A DNA stretch of 32,544 nt from Terrimicrobiaceae bacterium (lineage in GTDB: Bacteria; Verrucomicrobiota; Verrucomicrobiia; Chthoniobacterales; Terrimicrobiaceae). Below are positions 25,798 through 32,544 of the stretch, one piece after another. Both the position numbers and the translations under genes were made by a program. Position 1 is the first letter of the stretch. Each line of letters opens with the position of its first letter. The notes under the pieces were generated by a model, which worked only from the letters and a program-made list of their open reading frames with translations, was not told the DNA's origin and did no database searches. The stretch is taken from NCBI GenBank assembly GCA_041752695.1, contig JBGSVZ010000071.1, forward strand, positions 1-32,544. Direction: 5' to 3'.

Positions 25798-28206
25798 TCA
25801 TGGCTTTGCGCCATCGACAGCCGGATTGGTGGAATCGATTTCGATGAAGTCGATATTGCATTCCTCACCGCCGCGCTCAAATCCGACCGTATGGACCCCA
25901 TCTGCAAGTGGACCGCTGTCCCAGTATTCATGGTCGTACATCGTGGGCCGCAAGCCGGGGAGATTCACCATGGGCTTTGAAAGATCGTCAAGGTAGACAA
26001 TCGTTTTTTGCGAGCCGTGACCTATGCTGGTTGTCACCAAACGGACCCGGGTTCCGGTAAATGTGAAGCTCGCCCGTCCGCCTTTGGTTGGAGCACGTAA
26101 AAGCGATCCTCCGCTGTACTGAGGTCCCGGAACGGACACCCAATCTCCCCCTTCGAACTTCCAGCCGGGATCGGTGCCTTCGATGCGGAGACGGCGGCCA
26201 ACCGTCAGCGGCTTTCCGGGTGATTCTTTTGCCTCTCCGGTGTTGTCGGTCATCCGGACCTGGATCGAATAGGCGCCGGGAGGGGCCGCATTCCAGACCG
26301 CCTCCCAAGGTGCGGAATCGGCGCTGGCCACGACCTTTTCGTTGGCCAGGTATTCGACTCGGACAATGTTGCGTCCGGCCTTTGCTGCAACTGCGGCTTT
26401 GAGTGTAATGTCCCCGGGTGCCGTCAGGCCGGTATTCGGCAACGCCCATTGCGCGAGTGCTTCCCGGTCCTTGTGGAGTTGAAGCTGTGCGTCGTAAAGA
26501 TTCGGAGCCGTCTTGGGGACAATTCCATCGTCGGCGATCCTCACGTCTTTATCCCCATCCGGCATATGGAAGGGGGGGCGGTCCGTGATCCGCGCACCCT
26601 GGATCCCACAGAGCACGCTGCGTACGAATTGGCTAGGCTGATAGATGTAAAGGCCGCGTTCAGCCTCGGCGCGATCGCTGCCTTCAATGAGAACATTCCA
26701 ATGGACCACGCGGCGCCCGCTGTAGAACCCCGCCTGCTTTGCTCCGCCCGGGCCGCTATGGCTGTCATTTTTGAGAGTAATCCCGGTGCGCAGGTAGTCA
26801 AAACTCAGACCGCTATGGCTGTCGAAGGTTCCCTGTTGCATGTGGCCGCGAGTCCAGACATTGCCAGCCGAGAGCCACTCGGTGTTGATCCCGTGCAGGG
26901 GCCCGGGGTTCGGCCCTGTGATATCGATCTCGAAGCCGTCCCAGAGGCAGTCCTGCGTCTCGCAGCGCGCGGCGTAGGGATGGTGCATCGGCATCGAGCC
27001 GCCTACGAGGGTGTTGAGCACGGAGACGTGCTTCGATCCGGTGACGATGATCCCGCATTCGCCGTCCCGCACCTCCACGTCGCGCACCCAGCAGTTGAGG
27101 GCATTCGAAACGTACACTCCGTTCCAACCGAAACCGGCGTTATGTTTGAGATTCGGTGTTCCGGGCAGAATAATCGTGAGGTCCTCCAAGCCCGCTTCCC
27201 GCACATGCGACCCCATCTCCCAGAACCTGCACTTCCATTCCGGCCTGGTCGATACGCGGAGGGGCTGCGCAAGCGTCACGGTGTCTTTCTCCCGGTCCAC
27301 GCTAACAATCTGAACGGGCCATTGCCAGCGCGGGTAGTTGCCGAGCTTCGGAGGGGTGGCGTCGTGGTCGCCGCAATGGGTCAACCACGACCCGAAGGCA
27401 GCCGCTGGCGCTTCGGCCAGCAGCGGATGGTCGCCAATCTCCCGAAGCAGGGACTGGTCCGGCGTATTGTCCCACGTCATTATGTAATATTCCCCCTCCT
27501 TGAGCTTCGCGGCATCCGAGACCGGAATGATTCGTTCTCCACGCGGGATCTCCTGGTCCGGCGCAAGGGCGACGCTGGCCAACTCTGCCCCGTGGTGGAA
27601 ATATTCCCAAGACTGCGCCGGGGCTCCGCCCCCGTAACCCTCTGGGGGCTTGGCGGCAAACACCCAGTTCATCTTCGCGTCGGTGCTGAAATTGGTGTCC
27701 GGGGCCATCCAGACGAGTCCGCCTGACCAATTCCAGCGCGACGCGGCTCCCAATTTCTGGGCACCGAAGATTTCCGTCAAATGACGTCGAAACTTGAGGA
27801 CTGTCTTCCCTTGACCGGCTCCGCGTAGGACCACGCCGCTGTGACGGATGCGGATGATATTTTCGAAGCTGTAGGTTCCTTCGGGGACGAAGACGGCGCC
27901 GCCGCCGCGTGCCGCCGCGGCATCGATCGCGCTTCGGAAAGCCAGGGAGTTGTCGCTGGTTGATGGTGCATCCCCATCAGCGACCGCTCCGAAATCCTTC
28001 ACGTTGAAGACCACCGGCACGCGTGGAGGAGGAGTTTCCCCGGAACGGTAGCCGGCATGGGAGACGTTTGGGATGTGGCTGTGGTTATCCGGTGACCCGG
28101 TGTACTCCTTCCACAGCGCTGCACTCTCCTCGTAAGCTTCAAGGCGGGAAACTGCCGGGACCAGGAGAAGGGCGAGGCTTAAGAGCAGGGCGGGGGAGAT
28201 CTTCAT
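25798..28206 (-). CDS. Secreted pectate_lyase_3-type beta-helix enzyme with bacterial Ig-like domain and C-terminal CBM-like module
   Basis: The real start is MKISPALLLSLALLLVPAVS at 28206. Motifs VFNVKDFGAVADG, AFRSAIDAA and GGAVFVPEGTY; Ig-like IVRVEYLANEKVVASADSAPWEAVWN..PPGAYSIQVRMTDN; jelly-roll-like ASFTFTGTRVRL...SGPLADGVHTV. Confidence 0.85.
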   Translation of the reverse strand: MKISPALLLSLALLLVPAVSRLEAYEESAALWKEYTGSPDNHSHIPNVSHAGYRSGETPPPRVPVVFNVKDFGAVADGDAPSTSDNSLAFRSAIDAAAARGGGAVFVPEGTYSFENIIRIRHSGVVLRGAGQGKTVLKFRRHLTEIFGAQKLGAASRWNWSGGLVWMAPDTNFSTDAKMNWVFAAKPPEGYGGGAPAQSWEYFHHGAELASVALAPDQEIPRGERIIPVSDAAKLKEGEYYIMTWDNTPDQSLLREIGDHPLLAEAPAAAFGSWLTHCGDHDATPPKLGNYPRWQWPVQIVSVDREKDTVTLAQPLRVSTRPEWKCRFWEMGSHVREAGLEDLTIILPGTPNLKHNAGFGWNGVYVSNALNCWVRDVEVRDGECGIIVTGSKHVSVLNTLVGGSMPMHHPYAARCETQDCLWDGFEIDITGPNPGPLHGINTEWLSAGNVWTRGHMQQGTFDSHSGLSFDYLRTGITLKNDSHSGPGGAKQAGFYSGRRVVHWNVLIEGSDRAEAERGLYIYQPSQFVRSVLCGIQGARITDRPPFHMPDGDKDVRIADDGIVPKTAPNLYDAQLQLHKDREALAQWALPNTGLTAPGDITLKAAVAAKAGRNIVRVEYLANEKVVASADSAPWEAVWNAAPPGAYSIQVRMTDNTGEAKESPGKPLTVGRRLRIEGTDPGWKFEGGDWVSVPGPQYSGGSLLRAPTKGGRASFTFTGTRVRLVTTSIGHGSQKTIVYLDDLSKPMVNLPGLRPTMYDHEYWDSGPLADGVHTVGFERGGEECNIDFIEIDSTNPAVDGAKP

Positions 28207-28226
28207 TGGCGGCCGGTCCGGGGCAC

Positions 28227-29189
28227 CTACCAGTTTTTGCAGGAGTGGACAATGTCCTCCAGTTGCCCGGTTGCCACGCACTGGACGGTGTCGGCCCCTC
28301 CGTAATACACCTTCACCGATCCATCGGGTTCCACGATTTTCGCGCACGGGAAACACACGTGCTCGACCAGGCCCCGCATCTCGTAATCGGCCTCCGGAGC
28401 AAGGATGGGATGGCGGGCAAGGTGCTTGATTAGCCACGGGCGTTCGGGGTCAAGAATCGCTGCTCCAATGCTGTATTCCCGTGTCGTGCAGTTGTTCATG
28501 ATGGCATGAAAAAGGATCAGCCAGCCCTCATCAATCCGGTAGGGAACCGTGGACGGTCCGAGCCCGCTGATGGCAAAATTGAGGAGCTCGTTTGTTCGTA
28601 GCACCTCGTAGGAATCGCCCCAGTGGATCAGGTCCGGCGAATGGCTCAGCCAGATGCTGCCTTTGCCTCCCTGCGCCGGGATCGACGGGCGTTCGAGGCG
28701 CATGTATCGGCCATCCGCAGACTTCTCCGGGAAGATCACCATGTTCCGGTTGTCCGGTGCATTGACGTAGTTCACAAACTCAAGAGATTGCAGGTTGTCG
28801 GTGGACCGGAACAGTGCCACGCGGCAATTCTGATCCCCCTCGCAGGCAATGAGGACTTTGTATTCGTTGTCGATCCATGTGATGCGTGGATCATAATAGA
28901 CGGACCGCGTCACCCGCCGCCAGAGATCGTCCTGCGGCATCTCAAACGGCTCTGGGCGCAACTTCCATTCGATGCCGTCGGTGCTGTCCGCACCCCAGAG
29001 CAGGGTGAGATGGTTCAGTTGATTCGTTCGGCAAAGCATCACATAGCGGCCATCCGCAAGCTTGACGGCGGAAGAATTGTAAACGGCACGCATCCTGATG
29101 CCGAGTTGCTCTCGAAAGTGGACTGCGGTGAGAACAGGGTTTGATGGATGGCGCACGAGCACATCCCTGTTAATGCGGGCATAGTTCAT
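28227..29189 (-). CDS. Glycoside hydrolase family 130 (beta-mannoside phosphorylase-like)
   Basis: RHPSNPVLT, AVYNSSAV, YYDPRIT, PDNRNMVIFPEK, RLERP, IWLSHSPDLIHWG, EGWLILFH, PEADYEMRG, VYYGGADT. ATG at 29189. Confidence 0.92.
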   Translation of the reverse strand: MNYARINRDVLVRHPSNPVLTAVHFREQLGIRMRAVYNSSAVKLADGRYVMLCRTNQLNHLTLLWGADSTDGIEWKLRPEPFEMPQDDLWRRVTRSVYYDPRITWIDNEYKVLIACEGDQNCRVALFRSTDNLQSLEFVNYVNAPDNRNMVIFPEKSADGRYMRLERPSIPAQGGKGSIWLSHSPDLIHWGDSYEVLRTNELLNFAISGLGPSTVPYRIDEGWLILFHAIMNNCTTREYSIGAAILDPERPWLIKHLARHPILAPEADYEMRGLVEHVCFPCAKIVEPDGSVKVYYGGADTVQCVATGQLEDIVHSCKNW

Positions 29190-29224
29190 GATGAGCGGCA
29201 CTTAGCACTCGTTCGGAAGGTGCA

Positions 29225-29277
29225 TTTTTGATAGCAAAAAGACGCGAGAATTGCGCACAGAGATTGCGGGAATTGCG
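29225..29277 (-). promoter_or_regulatory. Direct-repeat operator upstream of the GH130 operon, plus a near-palindrome
   Basis: Minus-strand CGCAAT(29277)-N16-CGCAAT(29255), with a third copy inside the spacer. Inverted repeat TTTTTG-ATAG-CAAAAA at 29225-29240. Confidence 0.5.
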
Positions 29278-29503
29278 GCCCTCTGTCGCGTGGCTGCTGG
29301 CGCTCCAGACGATAAACTCGGAAAAGAACATTTTTGAGTGCCGTCTTGCGAAGGCCCTCTGAGACGGTTTCCGAGTGGTGGGGTTGGCAATATGAGCGCA
29401 CCTTCGAGCTTTCAGCACCCCTGATTTTGCCCGCTGCAACGAACCTACTGACCTCGAAATCCACCCTTGCTTCAAGAACAGGGAGAAGGTCATTTTCAAA
29501 CTC

Positions 29504-30913
29504 ATGAATACCCCGATTGGTGAAGAATGGAAACAAATGGAGAGCGCCACCGCGCAATACGACCCCTCCTCCTTCGCCGTTGAATTGGACTCCGCCAGAA
29601 GCCGCATCCGAAAGATCCGTTGCCAGGACGCCGAACTTTTCCTTGTGGACTATGAAGGGCGGCCGATCCCGAACCTTCGGGTCGAGGTCATCCAAAATCG
29701 CTCTTCGTTTTGCTGGGGAGATCAATTGTGGGGTCTCGATGCCCTATTGCGAAACGGCTTCGCCGATAGCGACCGGGTGAGGCACTTTACCCGACGGTTT
29801 ACGGAGTGTTTGAACAGCGCGAACTGCCTGACCTACTGGACCGAGGCCCCGCGAAATGACGGTCCCAAGCACATGGAATTTCAAGGGGAGGACCGGATGG
29901 ATGGGTTTGCCGCGCAGGTGGATTGGGCGATCGCCAATGGGTTGGTTCCGAAAGGGCATCCGATCTTTTGGTCCATCGACAAGGCATATCCAGAGTGGCT
30001 GAAGCGCTACCCGATGGAGACGCAATGGAAATTCATAGAAGTGCGGGTGCGCAATCTTGTCTCGCGATTCAAAGGAAAGGTGAAGCTCTGGGATGTGGTC
30101 AATGAGCCGATGTGGGAGGCCGCTCCAAAAAACCTCCCGCACCGCAACTGGCCCCACCTCGAATCGGTCGATGACATCTGCGAGTATGTGATTCCCGTGC
30201 TTCGTTGGGCGCGAGAGGAGGACCCGGACGCCCGATTCATCGTCAACGACTACGGCATGGAGCTTGATTCTGACGGTCATACCATCCAGGACAAGAGCGG
30301 AAAAGTCATCACCGCCAAGATGCAACGCGACCGGTTCACGGCCTTGTTCAAGCGGTTGCGCGATGATGGGGCCTGCCCCGACGGCCTTGGGATGCAGGCC
30401 CACACAGGTTCCTGGATGGATCCTGCGACGCAGAACAGGATTCTCGACGAATTCTCCGAAGCCAGAGTGCCTCTGCATTACACGGAGTTTTGGGCCGACA
30501 ATAAGCATCTGCTGGCGGCGGGCTTGGATCCCGGGGTTGCTGATGAAATGCGGGCGGAATATGTGGCGAATGTCATGACGGTTGCCTTCGCACATCCTGC
30601 GGTGGAGTCCTTCTATTTTTGGGGCGAGCTAACGCGTGGCTTCCGGTTCAAAAGCGACCACAATAGCGACGGTCTGCCTTCTTCCTCACACACTCCGTCT
30701 GCCGTATATTGGCGCGTCCAGGAACTGCTCCGGAAGGAATGGATGACCCGTGAGACCCTGACCAGCGACTCCGATGGGCGCGTTCGCTTCCGGGGCTTCT
30801 ATGGCGACTACTCGCTGCGCTATGCTGTGGGAACAGACATGCCATCCGGTGTGACTTTTTCCCTGTCTCGCGACTCCGAGGGACTGAGAAAGCTCACTCT
30901 GCACCGTCCATAG
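29504..30913 (+). CDS. Glycoside hydrolase family 10 protein (endo-xylanase fold)
   Basis: KGHPIFW, acid/base WDVVNEP, AREEDPDARFIVNDY, DGLGMQAH, nucleophile PLHYTEF, AFAHPAVE, FRGFYGDY. No signal peptide. Confidence 0.9.
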   Translation: MNTPIGEEWKQMESATAQYDPSSFAVELDSARSRIRKIRCQDAELFLVDYEGRPIPNLRVEVIQNRSSFCWGDQLWGLDALLRNGFADSDRVRHFTRRFTECLNSANCLTYWTEAPRNDGPKHMEFQGEDRMDGFAAQVDWAIANGLVPKGHPIFWSIDKAYPEWLKRYPMETQWKFIEVRVRNLVSRFKGKVKLWDVVNEPMWEAAPKNLPHRNWPHLESVDDICEYVIPVLRWAREEDPDARFIVNDYGMELDSDGHTIQDKSGKVITAKMQRDRFTALFKRLRDDGACPDGLGMQAHTGSWMDPATQNRILDEFSEARVPLHYTEFWADNKHLLAAGLDPGVADEMRAEYVANVMTVAFAHPAVESFYFWGELTRGFRFKSDHNSDGLPSSSHTPSAVYWRVQELLRKEWMTRETLTSDSDGRVRFRGFYGDYSLRYAVGTDMPSGVTFSLSRDSEGLRKLTLHRP

Positions 30914-30975
30914 CATTTAGTTTCCTGTGCCTCGCACGTCACCCGGGCGGCTAGTGACACCCCGAAGAAGACTTT

Positions 30976-31175
30976 ATGAAGATCGAAAATACACGATCGG
31001 TCTTGGTGATCGATTCGCCCACCAAGGCAACGCTCAGTGGCGCGCATTCATCTACGCCTGCAAGATAAGCATTCTGGTTATTTCGGTCTACAATAAGTCT
31101 AATCGCGAGCACACTTTTTTCCAAAGCGAACCGGACGATTTGCGAGGCGACGCCGCGGTTGCGCCAATGACCTGA
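30976..31175 (+). pseudogene. uxaE: 5' remnant of a tagaturonate/fructuronate epimerase (UxaE-like) gene
   Basis: Adding one A after ATG AAG ATC GAA gives MKIEKYTIGLGDRFAHQGNAQWRA...VYNKSNREHTFFQSEP..LR.DAAV. This matches the GxGDRFAHQ and NKSNREH N-terminal motifs I recall for this family. It stops after ~66 codons. Confidence 0.75.
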
Positions 31176-31910
31176 CTTCGAAATCTCTTCAACATCTCGG
31201 ATGGGCTGCTTGATTCACTTGGGTTGTGGACGACCGGGTGCGCGTTTCTGCCATTTGGAACAGACCCATACGGCGAACTCCGAAAGTTGCTGCAAAACTG
31301 CAGAAACTGTCTCTGTGGATTGCAGCCACAGTTCCTGCGGGGGGAGTTTGTAGGCCATTCTTATCAGAGAGAAATCTGGGCGACTCTCCTGATTCTCAAC
31401 GGACGCGTGGTATGGTCGAAGGATTGGCGAGGCACCTCGACTTGTTGGGTTAGACCGTAGCGGCCCCAATTTGATGCACTGAATTCATTCATGAGAGCAT
31501 GGAATCGATAGCTCTTGCCATAGGAATGGGCACCGTTTTCGTGGGAATTCCACGGATATTCGGAACGAGAAGCGACCCAGAAAATGAGCGAACAGGGCGA
31601 TGATCGGGGGTTTTTGCCGATGTGGTTGCAGATGACTTATGGCCTCCAAAGGCAGGTCAATGTTCGCCAGAATCACCGATTGAGACTACCCGTTCTCTTC
31701 GAAATAAGGCCGGCCTCGGTCTGCCACCTGGCCATTTCGGTGAGTGAATTAAACGGGAATCGCTCTGCCTTTCTGATGAAAATCGCCAAAAAGATGAATA
31801 AATTGGCTGGTGTTGCGGCTGTTTTGCCGGTCAAAAGGCCGCCTTGGATGGATTTCAAGAACCCCGAATTTAACTTTCCGCCAGGCACGTTTGACCTGGA
31901 AAGAGCAGGT

Positions 31911-32404
31911 TCATGACACCAACTGATGATAAGCCATTGCTCCCGCAAGGCGCTCCATCTCGACCTTGAGCAGCAGGTGTTCCGTTTGACTGAGGCGGTC
32001 GAGTGCGATGTTTTTCCACGCGACGAGTCCAAACGGTGTGGTCAGTTTTTCCGTGGCTGCAACGAGGACAGTTCGCGCCCGTCGCTCTTCGAGTTGGTCA
32101 TCGACGGTCGGGTCATAAGCCAGCAAATCGCCCGCGAGCGCGGCATCTACAGGTGAAAAAGTGAAGTAAATCAGCGCTTGGGCAAGGAGGTCGTATCCAC
32201 GGCTGACGGCAATAGACGAACCGAAACCGGACGGTTGCCCCTTAGGTTTTCCTGTAAATAAGAACTGAACAGCCGTCTGAAGCCCGGTGAAAATAGCTGC
32301 CTTTTGCACATCGACGGTGCGGAATACCCGCGCGAATCGGACGTTTTCCACGGAAGTTCCGATTTGTCTGAAGCGCGTGAAATGATTTCTTGGAGGGTGG
32401 CAAG
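31911..32404 (-). CDS. Hypothetical protein or gene fragment abutting the IS3 element
   Basis: Open frame with coding-like codon pattern. The called ORF's first ~43 codons lie inside the IS and are spurious. No family recognised. Confidence 0.35.
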
Positions 32405-32544
32405 TGAGGTGGACCCCGGAATTCGGACCAGTAGGTAAGCTATAAAAATCGATGGCGTGCAGGTGTGAAAAACCACAACCTGAAAGACCATCGAAAATGA
32501 AAGCCAAACGCAAAAGACACGACGCAACATTCAAAGCCCGGGTG
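32405..32544 (+). mobile_element. IS3-family insertion sequence, left end (truncated by the window edge)
   Basis: Terminal TGAGGTGGACCCCGGAATTCGGACCAG has the 5'-TG start and CCCC..GGAC pattern typical of IS3-family inverted repeats. An OrfA start follows. Confidence 0.8.
32497..32544 (+). CDS. IS3-family transposase OrfA, first 16 codons
   Basis: Translates MKAKRKRHDATFKARV, the typical basic R.H..xFKA.V start of the OrfA HTH domain. Confidence 0.8.
   Translation, partial: MKAKRKRHDATFKARV

Noticed and set aside
29316..29507. Short open frame whose TGA overlaps the GH10 ATG, a possible 3' relic of a lost gene
   Set aside because: It is under 65 codons, has no recognisable homology and could arise by chance.
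30927..31175. ORF read as a RelE/HigB-like toxin (RAFIY...ILVISVYNKS)
   Set aside because: GDRFAHQ and NKSNREH are better explained as the UxaE N-terminus, and there is no antitoxin nearby.
31040..31200. Minus-strand HWRNRGVASQIVRFALEKSVLAIRLIVDRNNQNAYL resembles a GNAT acetyl-CoA motif
   Set aside because: It is the antisense of the much better uxaE-like match and has no start codon or remaining GNAT fold.
31760..31815. Minus-strand PIYSSFWRFSSERQ resembles the start of a nucleotide-modification (aGPT-Pplase1-like) protein
   Set aside because: The similarity does not continue, and the frame has several stops.
31176..31910. Several short ORFs on both strands
   Set aside because: None has a convincing motif or coding pattern; this is probably decayed sequence.
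1..32544. CRISPR arrays, tRNA/rRNA genes, or a composite transposon formed by the two ends
   Set aside because: No spaced repeat arrays or RNA gene signatures were seen, and the two terminal elements are unrelated in sequence.

Overview
A high-GC segment, probably from a verrucomicrobial (Chthoniobacter/Terrimicrobium-like) genome, judged by its Verru_Chthon pilin-like cassette and PEP-CTERM gene. It appears bounded by insertion sequences: a probable IS terminus at about 1-133 that removes the start of the cassette A gene, and the first 140 bp of an IS3-family element at 32405-32544. The left part (0.1-15.5 kb) encodes envelope proteins: cassette A and D, two paralogous secreted SBBP-type beta-propellers, an FHA-TM-DUF4159 fusion, an FG-GAP protein, a PEP-CTERM protein and a small Spy-like protein. 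The right part (15.6-30.9 kb) is a glycan-degradation cluster: an unknown secreted protein, two GH28-like enzymes, GH92, an FAD oxidoreductase, GH42, a secreted beta-helix enzyme, GH130 and GH10. Two decayed hexuronate genes flank it, a GH4 3' remnant and a uxaE-like 5' remnant. The main finding is that six intergenic regions share a CGCAAW-N16-CGCAAW direct repeat (22-bp period), mostly at a fixed distance from sigma70-like -35/-10 boxes. This links the envelope genes and the CAZymes into one putative regulon, resembling a polysaccharide-utilisation locus with no SusC/D or other transporter in the window. All family calls come from motif recognition by eye; no searches were run.
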